Shown here one piece after another: positions 35,962 through 45,964 of a stretch of DNA of 64,000 nucleotides. The position numbers were made by a program, and so were the translations under genes. Each line of letters starts with the position of its first letter. Position 1 is the stretch's first letter. The notes under the pieces were generated by a model that worked only from the letters and a program-made list of their open reading frames with translations, ran no database searches and was not told the origin of the DNA. The DNA is from Candidatus Bathyarchaeota archaeon (lineage in GTDB: Archaea; Thermoproteota; Bathyarchaeia; Bathyarchaeales; Bathycorpusculaceae): positions 32,001 to 96,000 of the forward strand of contig CAWFFH010000005.1 in the NCBI GenBank assembly GCA_963815095.1, read 5' to 3'.

Positions 35962-37539
35962 TTATTTTTCAAACAGTTTCTTGTCTTGAATGTATTCTTT
36001 GCCTGTTCGCAGAGCGATTTCAGCTTTCGCCAACTCGCTGCCCAAGTAAGCCGCATGGTCAAGCCTTGAAACCAAACCCGACTCAACAATCTGCTCGTAA
36101 ACCTGCTCCGCCGTTTTGCCCTTAACAATCAAGTTCGGCGCTGGGTCATCAGCCCAATTGAAATGCTCAGCAACAAGACTTTGTTCTTGGCGATCAACAA
36201 AAATCCTGAAAGACCCTGCTTTATCCAATTCAGCAATTTTCTCTGGGTTCTTATTCTGCAAAACACACGTTTTTTGCTCTAACGCTTTTTCGTATGGCTG
36301 TTCCCTATTCCGCTTATCCTTCAAGACGAGGAGATCTATGCCTAGGTCTTTGGGAACTGACCCGCGCTTCTTCGCCAGAAACATCATTTTGGCAGCTGTA
36401 GCTTCTTCGGATATGGTGCCTTTTGCTTTGTCGCTTTTCTCTGTTGCCAAAAGCATGCATGCATCAACTTCAGAAGACAAACGCGCAAGCAAAGCATTAA
36501 TTCCTACTGAATCGGCATCCATAAGTTCAGTTACATTAGAGACGCCCACAAAAAGTGGCACTGTGGGGTTTCTCTCTGTGAACTCTTTGAAAGCGATAAA
36601 AGATTCTAACACATCGCATGGGTCAAGTATCAAATCTGCAAGGCATCGGTTTATTCCTAATTTTTTTGCTTTTACGATGTTTTCTTCAAGGTATTTGACG
36701 CGGTCTTGGCCTTTTTTGGGGAAGTAGCCTTGGCTCTGGTTAGTGGGGATGATTACAACCGCAACTTTGGAGACAAATGGGGCAATTGCATCTATATTTC
36801 CTGCATCTACGCTTAGCACAAGTTCTGCGCCTGCTTCAACTGCCGCTTTTATCTCAGCTGGGTCAAGCGAATCAATACTCACAGGTACATCAACAACCTG
36901 CTTAACCCACTCAACCATATGCTTGGCTTTTTCAGGTTGCGATTCGCCTGCAACCATACCCAAATCAATAATGCTTGCGCCTGCCTCAACGAATCGTTTT
37001 GCTGTCCGTTGAATCGTTTCCTTATCCATTAAAGCGGAATCAACGATTTCCGCCAGAATCCGCATGGGAAAATCTTCGCCCACTGCTACGTTCCCAATCA
37101 GCATACTTCCAGGTTTTTTGAGCAGTTCTGCGCAATTCTTCTCTGTTTTTTCTATTTCTTGAAGAGCTTTTTGCTGGAGTTTTTCGCTGAGCAAATCGTC
37201 TGCTGTCAAAGTTGTTGAAAGTTGAATATCGCAGAGCGAATCCAAAACGGTTGGCAGGTCAGCCGCATATCTTGGACCCTTAAATGCTAGGATGCCCACG
37301 GCTTTTGAAATTATGGAGGTGTCTCCGCGGACTAAGCCGGGCACTAAAATCATGTTGAAACCTTCTAATTTTTTAGTTTTGAGAGAATCGGCGATGGCTT
37401 GTGGAGTTAACAGAGCGGCAACAGCCATCTTGAGTGCCAACGTTTCTGTTTCTATGCTGCTTTCTTTAGCACATCTTTTTACCGTGTCTTCTGCAAGCAT
37501 GCCAGTAACCAAAAGTACCTTCAAAGCTTGGTTCTCCAC
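35962..37539 (-). CDS. Archaeal dihydropteroate synthase-like protein (pterin-binding barrel + DUF4346-like tail)
   Basis: VTGMLA N-domain, ILAEIVD, IIDLG, VSIDS, NVTELMDADS, LDHAAYLGSEL..AE..Y.QD. Confidence 0.85.
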   Translation of the reverse strand: MENQALKVLLVTGMLAEDTVKRCAKESSIETETLALKMAVAALLTPQAIADSLKTKKLEGFNMILVPGLVRGDTSIISKAVGILAFKGPRYAADLPTVLDSLCDIQLSTTLTADDLLSEKLQQKALQEIEKTEKNCAELLKKPGSMLIGNVAVGEDFPMRILAEIVDSALMDKETIQRTAKRFVEAGASIIDLGMVAGESQPEKAKHMVEWVKQVVDVPVSIDSLDPAEIKAAVEAGAELVLSVDAGNIDAIAPFVSKVAVVIIPTNQSQGYFPKKGQDRVKYLEENIVKAKKLGINRCLADLILDPCDVLESFIAFKEFTERNPTVPLFVGVSNVTELMDADSVGINALLARLSSEVDACMLLATEKSDKAKGTISEEATAAKMMFLAKKRGSVPKDLGIDLLVLKDKRNREQPYEKALEQKTCVLQNKNPEKIAELDKAGSFRIFVDRQEQSLVAEHFNWADDPAPNLIVKGKTAEQVYEQIVESGLVSRLDHAAYLGSELAKAEIALRTGKEYIQDKKLFEK

Positions 37540-38174
37540 GAAGCGATTCTTTTCATTAAATCATCCATAACTGTAGAGTATGCAGAGTTAGGAGCCACGC
37601 GATTTACCAAGTTCTTTTGGTTTTCAATCATTTCTAAAAGTTCGTTGACTTGCTTCTGTTTCTTTTCTTCTATAATGAAAACTTTTACACGTGTCGCGTT
37701 GATGACGGCTTCAACGGTTATCGACATTGCGCGGCAGTAAACCTGAGGATATTTTTTTGGCGCATTTATTCGCATCACGTCGCAGGCGAATTTTGTTCTT
37801 TCTAAGCCTTCTGGTTTGGCACTGCTGACTGATACTTCGATAGTAGCGTCTGCAAAGCGTAGTTTGGGCGCGTTAAAGGTTTTTGCTCTATCAAACCAGT
37901 CAGGTGGCAATTGTTCGCTGGGGGTTGTGTCTTTGAAGGTGACTTTGTAAAAAACCTCTATTTTGTTAGTTAAATTAATGACGGCGCATTTGTTCGCTTT
38001 TAGATTGCGGTTGGTTGATGATGAATTGAAAATATTCATGGTTACAGTTTGTTCATTTTCCATTAGGATGCCCATGGGTGCGGCATTGGGTGTTCCATCC
38101 GAATTATAGGTTGAAACAATGGTCTCTGCGAATATGCCTTTCGAGAAACCCAAATCACTTAATGTTGCCAACAA
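37521..38174 (-). CDS. DUF447-family protein (H4MPT-cluster associated)
   Basis: ETIVSTYNSDGTPNAAPMG, split-barrel pattern, RA..EA.I.ATR; probable TTG start after GGTGA. Confidence 0.82.
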   Translation of the reverse strand: MLATLSDLGFSKGIFAETIVSTYNSDGTPNAAPMGILMENEQTVTMNIFNSSSTNRNLKANKCAVINLTNKIEVFYKVTFKDTTPSEQLPPDWFDRAKTFNAPKLRFADATIEVSVSSAKPEGLERTKFACDVMRINAPKKYPQVYCRAMSITVEAVINATRVKVFIIEEKKQKQVNELLEMIENQKNLVNRVAPNSAYSTVMDDLMKRIASWRTKL

Positions 38175-38457
38175 GTCACCCAGCCAAGTTCGAAGGTCGT
38201 TTACATCTTTTTGATTGAAGGTAAATTTTTCATAATCAAATAATAAAGGTTTGCCAAGCAACCTCCTTTCAAAACTCCCTCCAAATTGGCGTGCTAAGCA
38301 TATAAAGAGACTTTTTGATCTTCGACTGATTTTGTGTTTAAACAAATGCAGTAAATTCAAGAGCCTAACAGAAGGATATTTTAAATATCCTAACTGCTTC
38401 AGAATCAACCAAGAACGCTTCAAAAACGATCAACAACATAACCTTTAAAGTGCAATC

Positions 38458-38976
38458 ATGCAAAAACTAAACCTTATTCCTACTCTCATGAGTTCGTTGC
38501 GGATCGCAGCCTTACCCCTCTTCATCTACCTATACAATTTAGGCAACATAACCTCGTGCTTAATTCTATTGGCTTTTTGTGCAGCAACCGACTTCTTCGA
38601 CGGCTACCTCGCAAGAAAATTTAGGGCAACTTCAAAATTTGGTGCCTACTATGATGCCACAACTGACTTCATCTTCATTATAGGAATATTCGTACTATTC
38701 TATACAGATGGATATTATCCCATTTGGCTACTTTTACTCATCGGAATAGCGTTCACTCAGTTTTTAGCCACAAGCATCTACGCAAAAAAACTCTACGACC
38801 CAGTGGGCAGGTATCTTGGAAGCGCCCTCTTCATAGGCATCGTACTAACCTTGCTTTGGTCAACAGGAGTTGTCTTTGCTTTTGTACAGTATGCATTTGT
38901 AGGATTCCTCTCAGTTTCGCTAGCAAGCCGTTTAGTGAGCTTAACGAAAAAAGATGATACCCCTAAACTAAAATAG
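38458..38976 (+). CDS. CDP-alcohol phosphatidyltransferase
   Basis: DFFDGYLARK...SKFGAYYDATTD signature. Confidence 0.9.
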   Translation: MQKLNLIPTLMSSLRIAALPLFIYLYNLGNITSCLILLAFCAATDFFDGYLARKFRATSKFGAYYDATTDFIFIIGIFVLFYTDGYYPIWLLLLIGIAFTQFLATSIYAKKLYDPVGRYLGSALFIGIVLTLLWSTGVVFAFVQYAFVGFLSVSLASRLVSLTKKDDTPKLK

Positions 38977-39016
38977 GTTCTATTCTTTATTTTTCTCATT
39001 AAATTTCGGTGTTATC

Positions 39017-40036
39017 TTGCCAGAAAAAACATCTGCGTCTAAAAAAGACTTGCCAGAGCAGATTCGCGTTTCCATAGGTTCTGCCATAGTTCTTGAGCTC
39101 TTAGCGGGCAAATTGGATGCTGAGCCAACAACAGCGTATTTGATGACTTTCAGATCGGGAAAGTGCACGGCAAATTGTGGGTTTTGTCCCCAAGCACGCG
39201 CCAGCAAAGGCAATACCGAGCTTCTTTCCAGAGTCACATGGCCAAGCTTTCCAACCCCAAACGTTTTGACGGAGCTCGCGGCAAAGGCAAAGTCGAGAAA
39301 AATCAAGCGCGTATGTATTCAAGCCCTAAACTACCCAGACGTTTTTAGGCACATCGAAACGCTGGTTCAAGAAATAAAAAAGCATTCATCAATTCCTATT
39401 TCAGTCTCATGCCAACCTCTTAACAAAAACAATATTCAACGTTTAGCAAAAGCTGGCGTTGACAGAATAGGAATAGCCTTGGATGCCGCAACCGAAGACC
39501 TATTCAAGAAAGTCAAAGGCTCAGGGACAAGCAGTCTGTACACTTGGGATAACCAGTTTCGCCAACTAAAGGAAGCAATAGAAATTTTTGGCAGAAACAA
39601 TGTAAGCACACATATTATTGTTGGTTTGGGTGAAACAGAAAAAGAAGTCGCCGAAGTTATTCAGAGGTGTGTGGATTTGAGTGTTTTGCCCGCGCTCTTC
39701 GCTTTTACTCCCGTGCGAGGCACAGCTTTAGAGCATGGATTGCCACCTAAACTTGAAGTTTACAGGCGGGTGCAACTTGCCAGATACCTAATTGTTTACG
39801 GCAAAGCAAGGTTTGAGGGCATGCAGTTTGATGTTGAGGGTAGAATCGTCGATTTCGGCGTTTCCAATGAAGCGCTTAACGAATTGGTTGAGAGTGGATT
39901 ACCTTTTCGCACTTCTGGCTGCCCTGACTGCAACCGACCCTTCTACAACGAAAAACCAAGCGGACCTCTATACAACTACCCAAAGCATCCAAGCCAAAAA
40001 GAAATAGAAGAAATAAAAAAACAATTATTATATTAG
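39017..40036 (+). CDS. lipS2: Radical SAM protein, archaeal lipoyl synthase LipS2-type
   Basis: CTANCGFC; C-terminal TSGCPDCNRP matches TxGCPxC(N/D)RP. Confidence 0.75.
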   Translation: MPEKTSASKKDLPEQIRVSIGSAIVLELLAGKLDAEPTTAYLMTFRSGKCTANCGFCPQARASKGNTELLSRVTWPSFPTPNVLTELAAKAKSRKIKRVCIQALNYPDVFRHIETLVQEIKKHSSIPISVSCQPLNKNNIQRLAKAGVDRIGIALDAATEDLFKKVKGSGTSSLYTWDNQFRQLKEAIEIFGRNNVSTHIIVGLGETEKEVAEVIQRCVDLSVLPALFAFTPVRGTALEHGLPPKLEVYRRVQLARYLIVYGKARFEGMQFDVEGRIVDFGVSNEALNELVESGLPFRTSGCPDCNRPFYNEKPSGPLYNYPKHPSQKEIEEIKKQLLY

Positions 40037-41374
40037 TTGGTCAGCGGTTTGATCTGACGGCTTTTTGCTATTTCTAGGCAGTTTGGGTTTTTGCCTTGTA
40101 ACTTGTTCAACTAAACGCCAGAACTCATCCATCGTGTAGCCCTTTAGCAATTCCTTCATGAGTTTTTTGACTTGGTAGTAAGTCATTTGGGCTTCACCTT
40201 TGTCGAGGCTTTCTTGTGGTCCTTTGATGCGTCTGAAAAGCTCATCCATTTGTCTTGGGGACGCGCGGACACCTGCTTTTTCAAGTAGTTTTTGGATAAG
40301 GGTTTGTCCCGTGTTTCTGCCGATGAAAATCATGGTTTCTCTGCCCACTATTTCCGGTGGGAAAGGCTCGAAAACTAAGGGTTGAGACATCATTTCTTCA
40401 ACTTCATTTTCGACTTCGTGGGTGAAGATGTTTTCGCCGATTATTGGTTTATGGAATTGGATAGGTAACGCAAAGGCCTTTTCGGCTGATTGGGCTAGGC
40501 GATAGATTTTTCCCAGGTCTATTCCAGTGTCGATATTGTAGAGTAGTTCGGTTGCGGTTACAACTTCTTCAAAGGGTGCGATGCCTGCGCGTTCGCCAAA
40601 GCCTGCAATACATGTATGTAAGTAAGATACGCCTTCTTCCATTGCTGCTAGAGTGTTTGCTGAGCCTAAGCCGAAGTCGTTGTGACAGTGGATTGATAGG
40701 GGAACTTTTTTTCTTATTGCGTCTGGTAATCCGTCGCGGATGTGTGATATTAAGTAACGCATTGAAAGTGGTCTGATAAAGCCGACGCTGTCAGCGATAC
40801 CTAATCTTATAGCGCCAGCGTTAGCTGCTGCCTCAAAAACTTGCAGTATATCTTCAATTGAGGTTCGCGTGGCATCCATGAGGATAAAGTTCACGGCTGT
40901 TCCGTGATTTTTGGCGTGTTCGATGCTTTCAACGATTCTTTGTAGAGCTTGTTCCTTTGTTAGTTTGAGTTTGTACTGTAAATTTAATCCGTTGATGGGG
41001 GATTCTATTGTTATGTCTTTTATACCGCATTCTAAACAGGCGTTTACGCTGTTCTTCGTGGCTTCTGCTGATGCGGTGAGTTTGGAGTAGGTGAATGTTT
41101 CGTTGACGATGCGTTTGACGGTGCGTTTTTCTTCTTCTGATAGAGCTGGGAATCCTACGTTTATGATGGCTACGCCTGCTTCGTCCATTAACTTTGCAAG
41201 TCTAACCTGCTCGACATAAGTTAAGTAGACGGTTGGTGCCTTGATTCCTTCGCGGAAGGTTTCATCCCAAATAAAAACGCGGTCGGGAAGCTTGGGGGGT
41301 AAATTCTTTCGTAAACGGTTATAATTTGAAATTAGCCCTTGAGCTTCGAGCTTTTTGAATATAGTCTTCCTCAT
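40028..41374 (-). CDS. Homocitrate/isopropylmalate synthase-like (DRE-TIM) protein, divergent
   Basis: DETFREG, GFPA, DATR, ADSVG, HCHNDFG, GFGERAG. Confidence 0.85.
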   Translation of the reverse strand: MRKTIFKKLEAQGLISNYNRLRKNLPPKLPDRVFIWDETFREGIKAPTVYLTYVEQVRLAKLMDEAGVAIINVGFPALSEEEKRTVKRIVNETFTYSKLTASAEATKNSVNACLECGIKDITIESPINGLNLQYKLKLTKEQALQRIVESIEHAKNHGTAVNFILMDATRTSIEDILQVFEAAANAGAIRLGIADSVGFIRPLSMRYLISHIRDGLPDAIRKKVPLSIHCHNDFGLGSANTLAAMEEGVSYLHTCIAGFGERAGIAPFEEVVTATELLYNIDTGIDLGKIYRLAQSAEKAFALPIQFHKPIIGENIFTHEVENEVEEMMSQPLVFEPFPPEIVGRETMIFIGRNTGQTLIQKLLEKAGVRASPRQMDELFRRIKGPQESLDKGEAQMTYYQVKKLMKELLKGYTMDEFWRLVEQVTRQKPKLPRNSKKPSDQTADQLI

Positions 41375-41570
41375 TTAGACACAATCCAACTATACAAACC
41401 TAAATTATCAACATTAATTTGCTAATACTTATATAAAACTGCATCTATCACGAGTCAACACCCGTTCAGTTTTATGTGAAATAAGTGACATTTTTTTCTT
41501 CATTGAGGGGTTAAAGGCAAAAGTCTTAAGTGCAAAAAAGGTAATCTAGCTACGATAGGGGAAGCACCGA

Positions 41571-41783
41571 ATGAGCAGCAGCCTAAAAACTACTATAGAA
41601 AAAATAAAAGCCTTAGAATCAGAGAAAAAGAACCTCTTAGTTGAAATTGAAGGACTCAAAAAAATGGCTGACGCAAAAGCCACAACTCTTGAAAGCGAGG
41701 TTGGTGCGTTGCGGGATGAAGTTAAATCGCTAAAGGTGCTTGTTGGACCACAGCAGAGCGTTCCGAATAAAATACAGATTTAA
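41571..41783 (+). CDS. Small coiled-coil protein
   Basis: SD AGGGG; heptad pattern over most of 70 aa. Confidence 0.75.
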   Translation: MSSSLKTTIEKIKALESEKKNLLVEIEGLKKMADAKATTLESEVGALRDEVKSLKVLVGPQQSVPNKIQI

Positions 41784-41807
41784 CTTTCTTGATTTTTTAA
41801 CTAGATT

Positions 41808-42068
41808 TTATTTGTAGGATGAGTAAAGTTCAGGGTTAGAGTACCTTGTTTTTTTGAAGATGAAGTATCCGATAAAGCCACCTATTATTGGCCCTACCGC
41901 AAATGAGAATAGCAAAAAAGCAGTTCCAAATGAACCGCTAGGTATCGGTCCACCTAAGAGGGTGATTAAAAGTGTCCCGAGGACGAAAAATATTGTGATT
42001 GACCCAAAAATAGCGCCGCCCAGAATGAAGAAGAACCTATTTAGTTTTTTTTGCGCGGTTTGGTTCAT
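41808..42068 (-). CDS. Small two-TM membrane protein
   Basis: Two hydrophobic helices with basic flanks. Confidence 0.7.
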   Translation of the reverse strand: MNQTAQKKLNRFFFILGGAIFGSITIFFVLGTLLITLLGGPIPSGSFGTAFLLFSFAVGPIIGGFIGYFIFKKTRYSNPELYSSYK

Positions 42069-42191
42069 GGTTGAATCTCATGAATTATCAAAGCAATATT
42101 GTTAGAATATGCTTTACTAGTTCTTGTTATTGATGAAGACAAACAAAAAAAGAAAAAGGAAGCAGCTATGAATTGTTATTGCTCCAGTATT

Positions 42192-43112
42192 TTAGGGTTT
42201 GATGTGCTGAGTAAGCGTCATGTCCTCAGTCATTCCCATCGTCATGTTTATCATTGATGATTGATAGCTGGCGTTTTCCTGCATGGAAGATTTGATTTGG
42301 CGCAACGTACCGTACTCGAGGTACATTTGGAAGTGGATGTCAAGGTTCATTGATAAATTGCTCGAGGGCATAAGGTTTGAACTAGATTGCGGAACGTTGA
42401 AGGTCACTTGAAGGTTGTTGCTTGTTATGTCTATTCTGAAGACTTTGTATGTGCCCGCTGGAACTGTAAGGTCTTCGACACCGTTGAATTTTATAGTTAG
42501 GTCACCCGTCGTTTGGATGTTTGCAGTTGAGTTTGGGACGGGGTAAGGAACGTTTATGGTGTCGCCGACTTTAACTTCAGGTTTGTTTAGCAACTGTGCA
42601 AGGTAGGAGTCGCTTGCTAAGCCTGTCTGGGGGATTTCAGTCTGGGTGTTTCCGACGTTTAGCAGGTAGCTTGAGTAGCCGGTCTTATTCATTTTTTCCG
42701 TTACAGAGAAGCTCATGGGGTGATTGAGCAGGTAGTTTTCGCCGTCAAAACCGACTACTTCGATGGTCTGCTGGCTGTTCATAGTTATGTTGTTTGGCGT
42801 CTGGTTGGGCAGGTTTAACGGTGAAGCTAAACTGTACGAGCCAATGTTCATCGTCATCGTGGTGTCATAGATCATTTTTTCGCCGACTACGTAGTCAACT
42901 TTAAGCGGTATAGTAGCGTTTGTGCCCTGAGGAATAAAAAACGCAGCCGCAATGATTACGATTGCGATCACTGATAAGGCAGCATATAGTTTCTTTCCAA
43001 AACGTTTTTTCTTGATTGGTTGAGCTGGTGGCTGTTCCATCGTTGGAGGCAATTCTGGAGCAGCAGCCGCAGTTAATCTCAGGATATTAGATGCGTTCAT
43101 TATTTTCGCCAA
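42192..43112 (-). CDS. Membrane-anchored beta-rich exported protein
   Basis: KKKR..KK + TM; EDLTVPAGTYKVFRI motif. Confidence 0.75.
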   Translation of the reverse strand: MAKIMNASNILRLTAAAAPELPPTMEQPPAQPIKKKRFGKKLYAALSVIAIVIIAAAFFIPQGTNATIPLKVDYVVGEKMIYDTTMTMNIGSYSLASPLNLPNQTPNNITMNSQQTIEVVGFDGENYLLNHPMSFSVTEKMNKTGYSSYLLNVGNTQTEIPQTGLASDSYLAQLLNKPEVKVGDTINVPYPVPNSTANIQTTGDLTIKFNGVEDLTVPAGTYKVFRIDITSNNLQVTFNVPQSSSNLMPSSNLSMNLDIHFQMYLEYGTLRQIKSSMQENASYQSSMINMTMGMTEDMTLTQHIKP

Positions 43113-43148
43113 TCTAATATTATCACTGTTTGCTTTTAACTCTGATTA

Positions 43149-43175
43149 TAGAACACTTTGTTCTAACGTTAGAAC
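43149..43175. promoter_or_regulatory. Three alternating TAGAAC/GTTCTA half-sites including perfect palindrome GTTCTAACGTTAGAAC
   Basis: TAGAAC 43149-54, GTTCTA 43160-65, TAGAAC 43170-75; just upstream of a TATA-like element for the 42192-43112 gene. Confidence 0.6.
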
Positions 43176-43237
43176 GCTACCGCCAAAGTGGAGAAAAATT
43201 ATAATTAAGGCTGTGTGGGTTAGAAATTGTTTTTTTT

Positions 43238-44092
43238 TTACGTTGTAGTTGGTGGCACTCGTTTCAGCAATGCATTAATGGCGTTAGCGAGAGAGTTACA
43301 CGTTTCTTGTCTTACCGATGTTGATGTGTCGGTTTCAAGTTTCTCAAGTTCAGTGTGTAGGCGGTCGCTTTTTTCGTTAAGTTCTTGTTTTTGTTTTTCG
43401 TAATTGTCGTGTAGTTTTTCTTGTTCAGCTGTAAAAGTTTGCAGGGTTACTTCTAGCTCGTTTTTTGCTGCTTTGAGGTTCTGAGTGGTTTGGGTGAGTT
43501 GTTCTGAGGCTTTTCTTTTTGCGCTGAACTGGTAGAAGCTAAATTTTACTTTCTGTTGTGTTGCTAATAGGTCTTCGAGGTCGCGGATTTTGCTGCTTAA
43601 ATGTTGAACCTCTGCGTTCCGTTTGTTGCTGCGTTCTCGAGTTTGCTCAGCGTATGATTTGTCGGCTTCGACTATTTGGTGGTTAACTTCGGATAGGGCT
43701 TTGGCTTCTTCGGTTAAAGTGGCTTCTTTTAGCCTGTTTTCGGCGAGGGCAGCTTCAACGTCGAGGAAAATTTGGAAGCGTTCTTTTATAAATTGTTCAT
43801 CCAAAGTTATTGTTGGGTTGGATTCGAATTCTGAAGTTACCTGTCGCAAGTTCAGTATCCAATCGTTAAAGTATTGGCTGAATGGTGAGAGCGCGAAAAT
43901 CTGGTTCCCCAATTTCCCCAAGCTATTGAGAGTTTTCTCCACAGACTCCTTTGCAGAAACCTCGGGAGTTCCCTCTTGTAGGTACTTGGCGCCTTGACGC
44001 TGCTTTTTTTCTTTGGCTTTCTTTTCGTGGGTGCTTTTTGAGAATTGTTTGCCTGCACCTTTGCGTGAACCCGTTTGTGATCTGAAACTCAT
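43238..44092 (-). CDS. Long coiled-coil hypothetical protein
   Basis: Basic N-terminus, extended heptad repeats. Confidence 0.78.
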   Translation of the reverse strand: MSFRSQTGSRKGAGKQFSKSTHEKKAKEKKQRQGAKYLQEGTPEVSAKESVEKTLNSLGKLGNQIFALSPFSQYFNDWILNLRQVTSEFESNPTITLDEQFIKERFQIFLDVEAALAENRLKEATLTEEAKALSEVNHQIVEADKSYAEQTRERSNKRNAEVQHLSSKIRDLEDLLATQQKVKFSFYQFSAKRKASEQLTQTTQNLKAAKNELEVTLQTFTAEQEKLHDNYEKQKQELNEKSDRLHTELEKLETDTSTSVRQETCNSLANAINALLKRVPPTTT

Positions 44093-44191
44093 AAAATACC
44101 CTGTAGTGAAAGAATTATTTAAAGAGTGGTACTATCTGTGGCGCCAAAAAAGTTTAGGTTACAAGATTTTGGGGAAAAAAAGTTTCAGAGT

Positions 44192-45217
44192 CTATTTTTT
44201 AGTTGATTTCTTTTTGGTCGTTTGAGCAGTTGGAGAGGGGTTGCGTTTTTTGAGTAGCAGGAAAGCTGCAGCGACTGCTATGATGGCTACTATAATCACT
44301 ATTGCGTATATCCACTGGGGTGTGGAGGCGTTGCTGTTGGAGCCGGGTAGTGAGCCATTTGTTGAAGTTGGGTTAGTTGAGGTTGAGCTGGTTGGAGCTG
44401 GGGAGGCTGTGTTACTGTATGGTGTTGTGATGGGTGCTGTTCCCTGACGGATAGGTTGTTGTGCTAATACGATGAGGGTGTAGCGGACGATTTTTTCCGA
44501 TGTAATTATGTTAGTTTGATTGAGGTCAAAAGCTCCAAGTTTAAAGGCACCATTATCAAGAGAACTACCCTTAGGGGCGAGTGAATTTATAGTGTTGCTG
44601 TAGCCGACGGCGATGACTGTTCCAGTGCTGTTGTAGAAAGTTCCCATAACTGTAACGTTATAGGCGTTTTGGTCACCTGTGTTTTCAACATTGCCGTTGA
44701 CCCAATAAACGCCTTTGTCTGTGTTGGTGTCTGATGCGCTTGTGCCGGGGTTCGTGCCAATGGAGGGTGTGCTGCTGGTAATTGTGAGGTCGGGGTACTG
44801 GTAGCTTGCTGTAGCGTTTGCTTGAGCAACATTAAGGCTTATGTTTCCAATTTCAACGGAGTACCAGGTTCCATCGGATGAACCACTTGGTTGGAAGAAG
44901 GTCATATAGAAAGGCGCTATCTGCTGAGGAGCTAGATAGTTTACCGACATTCTTTCTATCCCGATTTGGGCGTAAGAGCTAGATTGAGCTGTGCCGTCGG
45001 ATGAAAAGACTGTTCCTGTAAGAACAACTTGGCTTAGAGTGTTGGAGCCTGTGTTTTGGACTTCTCCCACCACGTCGAAGTAGCCCGCTGAGTCAATATA
45101 ATAACTGTAACTGAGGATTTTGACGCTGGATGTTTGGCTATGTGCGCCAGGGACCAAAGTTAGGCTCAATGAGCAGATGGCAAGTAAAATTAGGAAAGAA
45201 ACTAAGATTTTTTTCAT
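44192..45217 (-). CDS. FxLYD-like domain exported protein with C-terminal TM
   Basis: Two VxGxVxNTG...V...F(Y/S) Ig-like repeats; Ser/Thr linker; TM + KKR. Confidence 0.8.
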   Translation of the reverse strand: MKKILVSFLILLAICSLSLTLVPGAHSQTSSVKILSYSYYIDSAGYFDVVGEVQNTGSNTLSQVVLTGTVFSSDGTAQSSSYAQIGIERMSVNYLAPQQIAPFYMTFFQPSGSSDGTWYSVEIGNISLNVAQANATASYQYPDLTITSSTPSIGTNPGTSASDTNTDKGVYWVNGNVENTGDQNAYNVTVMGTFYNSTGTVIAVGYSNTINSLAPKGSSLDNGAFKLGAFDLNQTNIITSEKIVRYTLIVLAQQPIRQGTAPITTPYSNTASPAPTSSTSTNPTSTNGSLPGSNSNASTPQWIYAIVIIVAIIAVAAAFLLLKKRNPSPTAQTTKKKSTKK

Positions 45218-45393
45218 GTGAAATGCCCTTCTATAGACCCCAAAAGGAAGGTTGTGGTATAAAACACTTTTTCAAAATTGAGCCTAAATCTCGGACCCTG
45301 CCGAAAAGCAACTAGGGCTCTACATAGGGCATGGAGGATCCGGGGATACTTTTAAATGTAAAAATGGTGGATAAGTATTTAGTTGGATACGCT

Positions 45394-45873
45394 GTGATTG
45401 AAAAGTTACATCCTTATGTAGTATTTCTTCCAACGGAAAAAAAAGGTAAAATTCTCAGCGCCATCTTCGGAAGCAAAGCAGGTGTTGACGTTCTCCGCTT
45501 CTCGCTTAAGCAAGGCATAGGAAAAAACATTTACCAAAAAGACTTAGTGAAAACCCTCAACTACAGCAACAAAACCATAATAGAAAACCTCAAAACCCTC
45601 ACCTCGCTCGGCGTTCTAAACGAATCCATGGAGAAAAATGACAAAGAAGGCCGAACTATCTGGATTAAAGCCTACCAACTCACTAACCTTGGCAAATGGT
45701 TCGCGCTCTTGATGGCTGAAGAAAAGGAACTTACCGAAACCGAAAAAGCCGAAATCCTCCAAAGCCTTTTCCGCACCTATGTAAAACAAGTAAAGAGGTT
45801 AGCTGAGGAGATAGGAATAAACAAGAAAATGTTGGAAGAAACGTTTAGGGAAGAAATGAAAAGCAGCCAGTGA
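45394..45873 (+). CDS. Winged-helix DNA-binding protein
   Basis: IYQKDLVKTLNYSNKTIIENLKTLTSLGVL...YQLT. Confidence 0.75.
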   Translation: MIEKLHPYVVFLPTEKKGKILSAIFGSKAGVDVLRFSLKQGIGKNIYQKDLVKTLNYSNKTIIENLKTLTSLGVLNESMEKNDKEGRTIWIKAYQLTNLGKWFALLMAEEKELTETEKAEILQSLFRTYVKQVKRLAEEIGINKKMLEETFREEMKSSQ

Positions 45874-45964
45874 GGAAATAGCTAACGATTGAATATCTTT
45901 TTGCAAAACAAGCGCGTTAATATATTGAAAAAACAGAATTAAAAAATAAAAAAGGAAAAAGAGT

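Noticed and set aside
38175-38423. Long N-terminal extension of the DUF447 ORF
   Set aside because: Reads through the divergent promoter region; a GGTGA SD points to a start near 38174.
41433-41475. ATAAAACTG...CAGTTTTAT inverted repeat between divergent genes
   Set aside because: AT-rich arms overlapping probable TATA boxes; no further support for an RNA structure.
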